NCBI GenBank assembly: GCA_950097015.1
Contig: CATNEN010000001.1
Span: 13,826,001 to 13,890,000 of the forward strand
From: Macrostomum hystrix
Taxonomy: Eukaryota > Animalia > Platyhelminthes
DNA: 64,000 nt
Direction: 5' to 3'
Position 1 is the first letter of the stretch. The number at the start of each line of letters is the position of its first letter. Position numbers and translations under genes: made by a program. A model generated the notes under the pieces. That model worked only from the letters and a program-made list of their open reading frames with translations. It was not told the DNA's origin and did no database searches. Shown piece by piece: positions 47,008-60,428 of the stretch.

Positions 47008-50000
47008 AGTGACATACACGGTGCTGTGAAAGACGGTGGTATCAGCTTCTTTGGTATCCAATGCCTGATACCACTGTCTGTCACTTTACCACCACCGAAT
47101 TCCCCGGGATGACAGACAGGTTGTGGTGTGGAGTGCCAGACGCGGTGGTATCAGGCATTGTGGCGACGTGACGGGAAAGCCGATAAGGAGACAAGAAAGG
47201 TGGAGAGCAAAGATGCTTGGCGGCCGAGAATAAAGAGCAAAAGCAACGTTTAGCGCACTTTCTGAAACATGAATCAAGTCGTGACGCGTCGAGATAATTC
47301 TGGAAAGTGTACTTTTTCCCAGAAGCACAACTGCATTCAGTAAGTCAATCGGCACTTTGCTCAGCGTACCAATCTTTTTAATGCTTTTAGCATGTACACC
47401 ACACGAGTCTGCATGATCTCAGCCTTACATATCTGCTTGGCTTAACGTCGTAGATAAAAAAATCTTTTCATTCTGTAGCATGTAAATAAACATACTCGTT
47501 TATAATATATATAACAATAGCCCCCTAAAGTTTTATGAATTGACGAGACCAAACACGATAAATGGCTACTGTTTAACTACTGTAAGAAAAAAGCCCTAAG
47601 ATTTTTGTCGCGTATATTTTTGCTTATTAAATTTTAAACAGAAAAAACTTTTGCTGCTGATCTGGTTGATACAAATAGTATTTTACAGTACGGAAAGCCT
47701 GGTCGGAAATTCTATTAGACAGTGGGAATTGGAGTACGAATACAGGAGTAGCTTTTGCTTACAAATTTTGACCAACATACTACTAGTAAGTAGTGTCGTT
47801 AAAATACATTTGGAATGATTTATTAATACAAATAGAAAACTGACTTCATTTTAGAGAGAGGAGACGGACTCAGAGAATTCCGACCAATGGCAGGGTTGCA
47901 TTTTGAGTTTGAAAAAAACGCTTTTAGTTTATAAAAACACATAAAAAAAAGCTACGAGTTTTTTGCCTGAAAAATGGTACAGTATAATATAAAGATACAG
48001 TAAGTTGGGTACTGTTTTGTGCTGTTTTTTTGTTGCAAAACGCCAGATTTGAATAGGTTTTCGTCATAGAATACACGAGTAGTATATAGTGCAATGCTTA
48101 GTAAATAGGATATAGAAAACACGTACGGTACTAAATACTTCGTTAGAAAGTGAGACAGAGACAGTAAGAGAAAAACAGGGAGGGAGAGACAAACATCAGC
48201 TCAGTCCAATGCCAGCTAGTGTGCACACACCAAAGCTTTGAAAGACTAAACTAGCTTACCTAACAAATACAATTATTAGTTTAATAAGTATAGAATACGA
48301 TTACAAGATTATAGAGTAACAGTAGAGCGGTGTATTGCAGTAAAATTATTAATCTACCAGTAAAGTACAGCAGTACTGTAATATTACTATTGATTACAAA
48401 ATAGGAAACGATAAGACTGAGAGAGGCTGAGACAGGGGAAGAAATGCACAATAGCCTGTCTCGTAAAAGAAAAAACAAACAAAATAAAATAGTACAGGAA
48501 TTAAGACAGGAAGAATGGCGGAAAGGAGGCTGTGATTGGGATTAGTTCGGGATTAATTACTCTCAGAAAGAAAAGGTTCTGTTGTCAAGGGCAACTTATT
48601 GGGGAATTATTGAAGCTACAGAACAGCGGAGACAGCTAGGAAAAATGAGTGGGAAGAATTAGCAAGTCGAAGGCGCCGCTCACCAGACCGTACACAAAAA
48701 ATGTACCATAGGCTGTGCATGTACTGTACTGTACTCTGGGGCCAAGTGCGCCACTCGAACAGGGGAAAGCCAATTAAAACACGCCGTCTAGAAGAATCGA
48801 TTCGCGCCAGCAATCAATCAATCAACAATCGCGTACAGCCAGTTGGCAGAAGCAGTCACGGGGACACGCAAGACAACCGCTCACCTCTGCTGTCCATTAA
48901 AAAGACATTTATATAGGCAAAACTACAGTTGATAAAATATGACAAAAATGATAAGAAATGGACAGCAACAGCCAGCAGCGGCGGTGAACTCTGGGGCCGC
49001 GAACCAAACTCTTTCACTACACAAGCGACAAAAAGACACAGAAGACTCAGAACTCTTTGTGCAATGCGCAAACTAAAAGACGGATAAATGAAAAAAGCAT
49101 GGCAAATGGCCGACTGAGGCGGAGTTGAAACAGGCAATCAATGTGAATCGAAAACTTCCCTAATATAGAATTGTGACACGCATTTTATAAGCAACTGCTG
49201 CGGGCAATGAAGGACACGGTAGGCACCAGTCATTTAAGAGGCCGGCTAGGAGCAGTTATAGACAGGCATCACGGGAGCAACAAATAAAAGTAGACAAGCA
49301 GTAGTGTCAGTGACACAAGATGAGCGACAGGATGTTCGATGCCACTGATTGATTGATTGACATGTGGTTGGATTTTTAACAAACTTGCTGCTCAGATGAC
49401 AGATGGGAATCTGCGAATCTCGATTTGTCCTACAGTCTGTTTCTTCTTTTGGTTATTTTTGGGAAATTTTTGCCTAGTGTTGAGTTTCAGACTCCTAAAT
49501 TGAGGTCGGGAGTTCGAATTTTAGCTCAAGGAATGTAATTTATATCCAGAATTAGCTGGAGCACAATTCAGTTGGATTTGGGCCTAAACCAGTCCGCGGA
49601 CACAATAGCTGTATACATCCGACTAAAATGATTTTTTCAGCCTTCTGCAACATTCTACTATGTGAGTAGTTTGTTCGGCTGTTCAGATCCCAGATTTCAA
49701 GAGTTTTGACACGCACAAAATAGGCAACACGACAAAGAATGAGTAATTAGGCGGCAAAACAGTGATACAATGTAGCGAAGAAAATGTGCTGTTAGTCTCG
49801 GCTCTGTCAAATTTCTAAAAAACAAACAGAAAACTTCATGGCGTTTTCTACCGCACTTTTCTTGCATATAGAAAGCGCCAAAAAGTGGCCTCTCTAAAAG
49901 TGAAGAAAAAGCGCCTTCCAGAAATTTAAAATCAGAGCAGAGAGAGGGAGACACAGAGACGGGAAAGGCAAAGCGGGACTTTGCGCTGCGGCAATTTCTG

Positions 50001-50522
50001 AATCAGATTGAGTGAATTGAAGCGCGAGCGCAAAAATTATAAAAACAAAAAACACAATTTGGAATACTCAGACTCAAACTCTGCGGTCTGTGGCCAAAAT
50101 CTGCTAGCAGGTTAAATATATAACAATTTGATAAAGACACCGTTCACAAGCAAGTCCGGTCCTTGAGTGAGACTCTGGCAGACAGAAGGCATTGCACAGA
50201 CAAAATGGAAAACAAAGGAGAGAAAGAGAAGACTGCCTCAACAATAATTAAATAAAAAAATAATTAAAAACTAATAGAAGAGAATCATCTGAGCTTTGCA
50301 CTTTTGAATTGCGGCATTTTAAACTGGTGCCATCACAATCAGATCATTATAACAAATCCGCTCGTTTGTTTGATTCAATTATACTCAGCAATTATAGGCA
50401 CCAATTTAAAATGACGCCCATTCAAAATAGCCTTACAAAACTGAAGAATGATGAGTTTGAAAATAAAAATACAGAGCTTCTTCAAACAAAGACAAACCTC
50501 CCGCCCGCTGGAGTAGGTGGAC

Positions 50523-50915
50523 TCAGGCTGACACGTTGAGCAATCGCTTCAATGCCAGGCTGGCCACATCGCACTGCATCTGCTGCATCTGCTTCTCCTG
50601 CTCGATCCGCTGCTGCGCCTGGGCCGCGATGGCATTGCACCAGTCGATTGGCGGCACTGGAAGCTCCTCGGCCCGCGGAGGCTCGTGAACTCGACCTCCG
50701 GCTAGCTGCCTGGCTGGCGGCGAGTAGCCCAGCAGCTGGCTGCCATTGTTGGAGTGTCTGCCGCTGCTGCCATATGACGACTGTGGCGGACTTCGGCTGC
50801 GGCTCTTCGGGCTGGACCGGGACGCGTGCTGCTTGGCATGCTGCTGCTGCTGCTGATAATAGTAGTACTGAGTGCTACTAACACCGCCGTAGTTCTGTTG
50901 ATACTTGCTGCTCAT
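50523..50915 (-). CDS. PNRC: Proline-rich nuclear receptor coactivator (PNRC) family protein, 130 aa
   Basis: LAGGRVHEPPRAEELPVPPIDW and C-terminal LALKRLLNV match the PNRC motif ([22 protein letters not shown] ... LKTLLKV); low-complexity S/Q N-terminus. Confidence 0.75.
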   Translation of the reverse strand: MSSKYQQNYGGVSSTQYYYYQQQQQHAKQHASRSSPKSRSRSPPQSSYGSSGRHSNNGSQLLGYSPPARQLAGGRVHEPPRAEELPVPPIDWCNAIAAQAQQRIEQEKQMQQMQCDVASLALKRLLNVSA

Positions 50916-53877
50916 GATTTCTTTCGGACAATAGATAGTGGATGGCCGACAATGCTGGCACATTGATCACTAATCAGAACTATAGAATTTTAAATAGAAA
51001 AATTCTAAACTGCCTTTCAAACTTCAAGAAACTATTGACAACCTTTGGAAATATAAAAGCTAATTACAGAATTGCTTTTTGAAAGGTATTTTACTATTTT
51101 TTGATTTGCTTTTCTACTTATTTATTCTTTTACGACACTAAAACACGCTCTAGAAACCGACTTCGCGATGGTTGTTAAGCCTGAAATAGACAATTAAGAG
51201 GAGCAGTTATTAGAAAGGCTAGTATTACATTTTGTATGTTTCAATTTTCTACTCAAGATGCCGCATTGTGCATTCGGCATAGGGCTATCTAACTAACTAA
51301 TACTACACGTTCCTACTATTAAGTATTGTATCATAGAATTGATTTTTATGAAACAACAAAGGCCAAGCCTAGCGTAGCTGCATACAAAAGAAACACAAAA
51401 GCTTTCTTTAAGACAGGACTTTCTAAAACCATTTAGTGAAGAATGAAGAATACTAGAAAATGCAAGTAGATCTTCAGCAACTTACCAACTGCAAACTTAA
51501 ATCTGCTTTACCGGCAATAATACACACACACACTTCTTTTAGCTAGGAAATTATTGCTAACATTTGGAACGGATGGCTGGGCTGAGAGAACGGACTGAAA
51601 GCTGCGTCTATTTTATAGACCCAACTCAGCCTAGGCAAATTTGGGGGGTTCGGGGGGAGACAGAAAGGAGGGTGGCTGAGGGGTGGGTGAATACGGGTCG
51701 ATGAAAACTGGCAGGGCAAGGCCGGATGACTGTACAAGGGCAGAGTAAAATGTACAGTTGTGAATAGTTTGATAATGGGTAGAACTAGCGGGTAAGAAAG
51801 AAAAGAAGGTCTAAGATGGAGTGGAATAGTCTCACTGACAGCGAATAGGAGGGCTCGTCACATGACAATTCTCAAGGTCGGGGCCTTTGCCTATCTTCCC
51901 CCACCCCCAGCCCAAAACCTCGTGACGCACGAAGCAAAACAGTTCAGGCCTTCCCATACAAATAGGGAGAGGGAGAGGACCTGGGTTGGAAAGTAAGAGC
52001 TGCCACGGTTGCTTAACCTCCTTCCCTCACAGCAGGCGCTTTAAACTCGTCCCCGTTCACCCGCCCCCCCAGCAAAGCCCTACAAGCTACAACCACACAG
52101 CCCACCACACACAAACACGCACAAGCACAGCTTAGCAGATTTTTTCCAATTCTTTCTTCAGCATAGCAGGGCAGCGGAAGGCCCACACTCCATTGGGACG
52201 AGCAAAACCTGCCTAAGACTGCACACTATCAGCAGAAACAGCTGTAGGTTTACTTCTTAACGTACGAACAATCCCTGGTCCTGCCACGACTCCGAGCTTA
52301 CCACTAAAGCGCTGTAGGTTCTAGTAAGCTATGCAATGGAGCTTAATTGCTGTTGCCCGATACAGTCTATATAGGTTTATAAAAAAACTGCTTAAGCTTA
52401 TGCTTTCCTATGCGACCAAACTAAACTATCGGTCAGTAATATTTCAAGTGCAACTAAACTCTACAACACTTAGTTTAATGAAGGCTATTATAAAGCCTGT
52501 CTGTATGCTACTGTCGGGCTGGGCACAAGGGTAGGGTATCAGATTGTGTATTTGCGAAAAGCTCCATGCACAATGGTAGGAATAGGAAAGAAGCAGTTTT
52601 AATTGCGGGCGAGCCTTCAGATAAACAACAGCAGCTGACAAAATAGAAATGGAAAACTCTGGAAAAAAGAGGCAGAAACCCAGACGAGCAGGTACAACTA
52701 TAATCCATGATTCAACTAGCTGCAAGGCCACACCAAAACAGAACAGGCATTTGCCAGCTTAACTTCTCAGGCTAGGGACAGGGTGTGTTCTCTATACCTG
52801 GATAGACTGTGTTTATAATTCTAAACACCTGGGCAGTTTATCTTATCAAGCTCTAGAATAAAGATTCTATATTGGTTCGTCACAAAACTTCACTAAGAAT
52901 AGAACCATAAAATAGAGAATCTGAAGCACAATAACAAAAGTTAGTGTCAACAAATATAGATACCACGTCAATGCTAATAGCAGATGGCAGCACGCAGTAC
53001 AGGACAACTATACGGTTGGTTTAACATGTGAACGAAAGTATTTCAAGCATTCCCTAAAAGTACCAATCTACATGGCATAAAGTCTGGAAAAAGCTTCAAA
53101 ATAAAACAAATCAAAGACGACAAATTATTAAAAGGTTAAAAACTCACAGGAAAATATTTTCTTTACTTATTTAAACTTCAGACACAAATATAAAGCCCTT
53201 GTATTAAAACTTTTAAAGATCACATGATAGCGGATTGAGTTTTAAAGCAACTATAGACAAAGACAATTTAAACTTTCCACGTGCCACACCAGACAAAGAG
53301 TCTATTTGATACACAAGGTAAAAATTCCCCCTGTCAACCATCTGTCTGGGTCAGGCCGATTTGCTTACGAATTGAGGAAGAAAGCATGGTTAGAGGAACT
53401 TGATGACTCAATTTGAATGAGCCAGATCCCCATAGCCTAGGTACAGGTCTAAACAAAGACCCTGGATGAAAGTCTTATACGCACCCGTGCCCATTCGATC
53501 CACCCACCGAGCTTGGGCTGGGACAATGACTCACACAAAACAAAGCCTGTCCCAATGAAAATCGTCCCAAACTCGAAGATTCGAAGTTGAGCAATCTAAA
53601 AAACATTACGTAACACCGTCACAGCGGGATCGGACAGCACACCTGGCTTGGCTAAGCGCCAGACACATTTCTTCTTGCTTCTACAGTTGTGGACTTCTGG
53701 GTTGATCTGAGAATTTCAACATGTTGCAACTATTACAGTAATTACTCCCAGGCTATATTACGTCTCTAGCCTAGTCTAATTATCCAGGCCAATGTAAGAA
53801 CCAATCACCATTGACCCTTTAATTATACCAAAATTGCCTATTTACATAATATCAAACCCTGGGTGGGCACCGATTTC

Positions 53878-54950
53878 ACAGTGACACCCTCAGATCCTCA
53901 GTGACACCCTCAGATCCCAAGTGACACCCTCAGATCCTCAGTGACACCCTCAGATACCAAGTGACACCCTCAGATCCCAAGTGACGCCCACAGATCCTCA
54001 GTGACACCCTCAGATACCAAGTGACACCCTCAGATCCCAAGTGACGCCCACAGATCCTCAGTGACACCCTCAGATCCTCAGTGACACCCTCAGATCCTCA
54101 GTGACACCCTCAGATCCTCAGTGACACCCTCAGATCCTCAGTGACACCCTCAGATCCTCAGTGACACCCTCAGATCCCAAGTGACACCCTCAGATCCTCA
54201 GTGACACTCTCAGATCCCAAGTGACACCCTCAGATCCTCAGTGACACTCTTAGATCCTCAGTGAGACTCTCAGATCCTCAGTGACACCCTCAGATCCTCA
54301 GTGACACTCTCAGATCCTCAGTGACACCCTCAGATCCTCAGTGACACCCTCAGAATCCACAGTGAAATACAAAATCTACAGTGAGACATACTAAATCTAC
54401 AGTGACATTCTAAATCCACAGTGATATACCAAAATCTACAGTGACATACGGAATCTACAGTGACATCCCAAATCTACAGTGACATCCTAAATCTACAGTG
54501 AAATCCCAAATCTACAGTGACATCCCAAATCTACAGTGACATCCTAAAATCTACAGTGACATCCCAAATCTACAGTGACATCCTAAATCTACAGTGACAT
54601 CCCAAATCGACGGTGACATGACATCCCAAATCTACAGTGACATCCTAAAATCTACAGTGACATACCAAAATCTACAGGGACATACCAAAATCTACAGTGA
54701 CATACCAAAATCTACAGTGACATCCTAAAATCTACAGTGACATCCTAAATCTACAGTGACATCCCAAATCGACGGTGACATGACATCCCAAATCTACAGT
54801 GACATCCTAAAATCTACAGTGACATACCAAAATCTACAGGGACATACCAAAATCTACAGTGACATACCAAAATCTACAGTGACATCCTAAAATCTACAGT
54901 GACATACCAAAATCTACAGGGACATCCTAAAATCTACAGTGACATCCCAT
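53878..54950. repeat. Compound satellite of about 20 bp: (CAGTGACACCCTCAGATCCT)n followed by (CAGTGACATCCCAAATCTA)n
   Basis: Two related units, switching near 54355. Confidence 0.93.
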
Positions 54951-55226
54951 AATCCCTAGTAGCCCGCAAATCCTAAATCCATGGCCCCACACACAAAGTC
55001 ATGTCTAGAGGCAACACCAAATAAGGCATAAAATGATTCCTACATCTGTAGTATTATATTAAAATCAATAAAAGTATAAACATTACCAAGAGCAGCATTA
55101 GCATTTTTAAATGCACATTTAAATAAAGACAGGCTTATAAAGAGCACAAGAAAGAAGTTTGAATTTTTTAAGAATAAACAAAATCTTTGCGCTATACAAG
55201 CAGAATGAAATCAATTTGATTGGGAT

Positions 55227-58200
55227 CTAACAGTTACGAAATTGTGGCGGAATGTACTCTAATCCCAAGTGGCGGAAGATCTCCTCTTCATTCTCAGCCG
55301 GGAGAGACACTTCCTGCACGAATGTCAAATAGTTGAGATGATCAAGATGAAATTACAAATAGGCAAGCTTGCAGCCCAGCGATACCTTTATAGGTCTTGA
55401 GTTCGATTCTATTGCTCCTAGATGTCCATGGACTGAGCAGAATAAGCTGTACGCCGTACACAACATTTATAACTGGACTAAGTGTCTAATACTCTAATTC
55501 TTTCTAATTATTTCTTAGCTGAGTATCAGATTCCCTCTTTCCCAATAGAAACCCATAATAATCTTACCCTTATTTTTCTAGTGTCAACCTTCTTATTCTA
55601 GAATCTCATCCCCGTTTATCTAGAATCTCATCCCCGTTTATCTAGAATCTCAACCCTGTTATTATAGAATCTCGTTCTTAGAAACTCCCACTCCAGTTTT
55701 TAGAAACTCTCACTCCTGTTCTTAGAGACTCTCACTCCTGTTCTTAGAAACTCTCACTCCTGTTCTTAGAAACTCTCACTCCTGTTCTTAGAGACTCTCA
55801 CTCCTGTTCTTAGAAACTCCCACTCCTGTTCTTAGAAACTCTCACTCCAGTTCTTAGAAACTCTCACTCCTGTTCTTAGAAACTCTCACTCCTGTTCTTA
55901 GAGACTCTCACTCCAGTTATTCTAGACCGTTATCCTTCAATTAGAGTCTCATTTTCTCAACGAACCTTCTGCAGATCGAACAGTCCATGGGACGTGAGCT
56001 TCATTCGCCTCTGCCGCTGGGCAAACAGCCTAAGATCCCGATTGAACAGTCGATTCCCGGTCCAGCCTAGCAGAGCGTAAGCCAACTGAGATTTGGGCAC
56101 CGCAATGAGATCCACCCGGCGGGCTAGCCAGTTCCGCTTCAGAGAAATGGAAAAAAAGTTTTAAGGAAATGGTTTAAAAACGCTTTGCGTCTACTATCAG
56201 TAGAGTGCAGGAATATGTTGTCAGAACAACACTCATATTTCAATGCAATTAATACGCTCGTAATTCTAGTTGCAGTGGGAAAATTCTAGCATAAATGCTT
56301 ATATAAAATACATCTTGCAAATGTTTATCATTAATAATAATTACATGACTTCAAAATCCCAACTATGTCACTTTAAATAACAATCCCATAACTGAGAATC
56401 ATAATCCCATAACTGAGAATCATAATCCCATAACTGAGAATCATAATCCCATAACTGAGAATCATAATCCCATAACTGAGAATCATAATCCCATAACTGA
56501 GAATCATAATCCCATAACTGAGAATCATAATCCCATAACTGTGAATCATAATCCCATAACTGAGAATCATAATCCCATAACTGAGAATCATAATCCCATA
56601 ACTGAGAATAATAATCCCATAACTGAGAATCATAATCCCATAACTGTGAATCATAATCCCATAACTGAGAATCATAATCCCATAACTGAGAATCATAATC
56701 CCATAACTGAGAATCATAATCCCATAACTGAGAATCATAATCTCATAACTGAGAATAATAATCCCATAACTGAGAATCATAATCCCATAACTGAGAATCA
56801 TAACCCCATAACTGAGAATCATAATCCCATAACTGAGAATAATAATCCCATAACTGAGAATCACAATCCCCATAACTGAGAATCATAATCCCATAACTGA
56901 GAATCATAATCCCATAACTGAGAATCACAATCCCATAACTGAGAATCATAACCCCATAACTGAGAATCATAATCCCATAACTGAGAATCATAATCCCATA
57001 ACTGAGAATCACAATCCCATAACTGAGAATCATAATCCCATAACTGAGAATCATAATCCCATAACTGAGAATCACAATCCCATAACTGAGAATCATAACC
57101 CCATAACTGAGAATCATAATCCCATAACTGAGAATAATAATCCCATAACTGAGAATCACAATCCCATAACTGAGAATAATAATCCCATAACTGAGAATCA
57201 TAATCCCATAACTGAGAATCATAATCCCATAACTGAGAATCACAACCCCATAATCATAATCAGATCAGAATCCACAGCTGAAAAATTACACCAACCTCAT
57301 CTGTCGCCATAGACATCGCTTCGGTGAAGCTGCTGAAGGTGCAATAATCGGGCGATACGGATTTGCGCTTCGCTGGCAGCTCTGCGGCATCATCGACTAT
57401 CGCGAAGTCGGTCCCGCTGTCATCGCTAATGCTGTTTGACAGTTTTAGAACGCCCAGCCATTTTTCAAAGTGATCCAGCGTGGAGCGCAATTCTTTGACA
57501 CGAAAATCTCTGCTGAGCACAGACGGGCTGAAGCTATTGGTCTCATAGGTGCCGTGAAGCACAAGTCCACGGCTGGCCAGTGCCTTGGCAACATCGGCCA
57601 CTGCGCCCAATTCACGGCCTTCAGTTTCGTGCGAGATCAACAGGTCGCAGTCGTGACCAACGGATTTGCCGCGCGAGAAACCGCCAACTAGAGTGACTAG
57701 ATAGCCAGGACCGCGCAGGTACGCTAGAAGCTTGTCAACTAAATGGCGAATATGTTCAGCTTCGATTTTTGTGACAGCCTGCTTGGCCAAATCCGAGTGG
57801 AAGGCTAGGCCAGTGTGCAGACGCCTGAAATTCGGTTTAGGACAGTTTAGGAGGCTGGTTTAGGACAGTTTAGGAGGCTGGTTTAGGACAATTTAGGAGG
57901 CCGGTTTAGGACAGTTTAGGAGGCTGGTTTAGGACAGTTTAGGAGGCTGGTTTAGGACAGTTTAGGAGGCTGGTTTAGGACAATTTAGGAGGCCGGTTTA
58001 GGACAGTTTAGGAGGCTGGTTTAGGAAAGTTTAGGAGGCTGGTTTAGGACAGTTTAGGAGGCTGGTTTAGGACAGTTTAGGAGGCTGGTTTAGAAGAGTT
58101 TACTCACTTGTGATCGCCAACTCCAAGGTCTAAACTGACTGCCTCTTCTCCTGTCAGCTCTGGCAGATCTCCCCGATTTCTCCTCTCAATCAGAAGCAAT

Positions 58201-59528
58201 CTTTGAGCAGCCTGCTCTGGAGTTCTCACACCCTGGCTATACCATTTGTAGGCTAGGGATTGGCCAACGCCATAAATGGATGTCAGAGAAGTCATAGACT
58301 TGTAGAGATCTGAGCACGTCAAGTTGTCCACTTCCAGGCAGGATCCAGTGCTCAACATCTCGCTAATAATTCGTATGGCGTGATCGCCTAGATAGCGCGG
58401 ACAGCTGTCAATCAGCTGATTTATTGATTTCAGCGGCCGGGGTAGAGTTTTTAAACAGGCCGCAGCCCGATCGAAAGCCAGGGCTTTGGCATAGTACTGC
58501 TGGTCCTTGGTGATACCGAACTGATGCTCGGCATTGCGGGCCAGGGTTGACAGGGCTGTCTGAAATGCGGAATAACATGGGAAATATGGGACTTGGGACA
58601 TTCGAAATGGAAAACAGGCTTTTATAATATTTTTATCGGATCGACACCGTCACGTTTAGATTAGATTAAAAAAAGAGCAGTGACAAACCGTCAGCTTGAA
58701 ATTGTGATGCTCAAGTGGGCACAACATCTGGCACAGGTACTCCGGCTGTTGAGCACTCGCTGAAGATGCCGAATCCGAGGTTGACGCGGATTCGTCCGGC
58801 TTTTGTAGAGTCGAAACCTGAGGATTGGGGTGGAATGGCTGCTCAAACCTGAGGAATGGGGTGGGAATGGCTGCTCAAACCTGAGGATTGGGGAATGGCT
58901 GCTCAAACCTGAGGATTGGGGAATGGCTGCTCAAACCTGAGGAATGGGGTGAGAATGGCTGCTCAAACCTGAGGATTGGGGAATGGCTGCTCAAACCTGA
59001 GGATTGGGGAATGGCTGCTCAAACCTGAGGATTGGGGAATGGCTGCTCAAACCTGAGGATTGGGGAATGGCTGCTCAAACCTGAGGATTGGGGAATGGCT
59101 GCTCAAAACTGAGGATTAGGGAATGGCTGCTCAAACCTGAGGATTAGGGAATGGCTGCTCAAACCTGAGGATTGGGGAATGGCTGCTCAAAGCTGAGAAT
59201 TTGGGTGGGGAATGGCTGCTCAAACCTGAGGATTGGGGTCGTAAAATTGGGCTCATACTTGAGGATTGGGGGAGGGCTGCTAACAATCAGTTAATAGCTT
59301 AACTACTTAACTACTTATAATAATAAACAATTATATATTATTATTACCGGAAGTTGCTTTCGTTTAAGACAGTAGTGCATTTCAGGCTCTACCATAGCTT
59401 TGGCACGAATGCAGTCTGACAGCCATTTTGTGCTGACAACTGTAACACCAGCAGGCATTGAAGTACCAGCCAACTCGAATAGTCGTTCTACATCTTCTAC
59501 ACAGTCTAGTTCAGTGATTATTATACAC
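55227..59528 (-). CDS. POLM: X-family DNA polymerase, Pol mu/TdT type; exons 59528..59348, 58817..58689, 58559..58108, 57824..57296, 56136..55966, 55313..55227; first exon(s) unresolved (about 59600-60150)
   Basis: BRCT end (VVSTKWLSDCI), YLCQ...PLEHHN, HhH IYGVGQSLA, GGFSRGKSVGHDCDLLISH, DHFEK, RVDLIAVP, LLGWTG, TSHGLFD, EEEIFRHLGLEYIPPQFRNC*. Junctions are phase-compatible. Confidence 0.9.
55597..55925. repeat. 21-bp intronic repeat (TTCTTAGAAACTCTCACTCCTG-like)
   Basis: Tandem repeat in the last PolX intron. Confidence 0.88.
56381..57260. repeat. 21-bp intronic minisatellite (AATCCCATAACTGAGAATCAT)n
   Basis: About 41 copies. Confidence 0.95.
57834..58093. repeat. 23-bp intronic repeat (GGTTTAGGACAGTTTAGGAGGCT)n
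   Basis: About 11 copies filling the intron. Confidence 0.93.
58814..59240. repeat. Intronic repeat of about 28 bp (AAACCTGAGGATTGGGGAATGGCTGCTC)n
   Basis: About 14 copies starting at the exon boundary. Confidence 0.92.
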
Positions 59529-60428
59529 CTTAGGTTGAAACAGAATAAATAATATGCAATTTAAAATGGAATGTTAGTAGACTGACTGAGTAACTGTGAA
59601 TATACATCTAGCTCTAAATCTGGCTTAACTGGCTTAAATCCAATCTGGATGAGATAGTTGGTTGCAAATAAGCAAATTTTTATTTCTAGTATATTAGATC
59701 TATGATGCTTAGACTTATATAATTCATATTCCTCAATCAATTAATGAAACTCAAAAATTGTACGATTGATAACATTTTTTTTAAAATAAACTAATAACCC
59801 TGTAGACCATGTTGAATTATAAATATACAAGGCAAAATTGTTACACTTTTGTAAAAACTTATATTATATTATTTTCTTTTTATGTTGTGTAGTAAGGGAA
59901 CAAAATTTATGTATTAGAAAAGTTGTTTGCAAATTTAACATTTAACCCATATGTTAATATGGGTCATTATGCATAAGCCTAACATCAATTTACCTGTTGT
60001 TCCATTCTTGGTTTTAGCAAATTCTTTGCTATTTGATAGCTATTTATTTATGTCAATGTGGACCTGAATCTCAAGCCCAAAGCTCCATTTTTTATTGACT
60101 AGTTCATGTTTTTATAAGAGCTACAATTGCTTTTGCAAAAGCTGACATAGTCAGAATGCTAGAATGAACTGTCTAATAAAAATGTTTGCCTAAAAATTAG
60201 TACTCTAGATTACATTTTGAGATCATAATTTTGACTTAAAAACTGCTAAATTAAGAATCTCATGTTTCATTAAAAGTATTCTAAAACAAATGAAAAAAAA
60301 ACAAAAAATGTGGAAAATGTGTCAAATTGTAAATTTCTATTTTATAGGTAGGCCAAAATGTCTTTACTTTATATGAGGATAAACAACACAAAAAAATAAT
60401 ATATCATGAGTATCAATTAAGTGATCCA

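Noticed and set aside
42877-47084. Pro/His/Thr-rich mucin- or extensin-like ORFs
   Set aside because: C-rich strand of a satellite; open in several frames because it lacks stop codons.
51590-51620. TATAAAA plus TCAGT initiator as the PNRC promoter
   Set aside because: Spacing is only about 21 nt and there is no transcript evidence; plausible but unsupported.
57834-58093. Interstitial telomere (TTTAGG motifs)
   Set aside because: The motif is embedded in a 23-bp unit; no TTAGGG runs.
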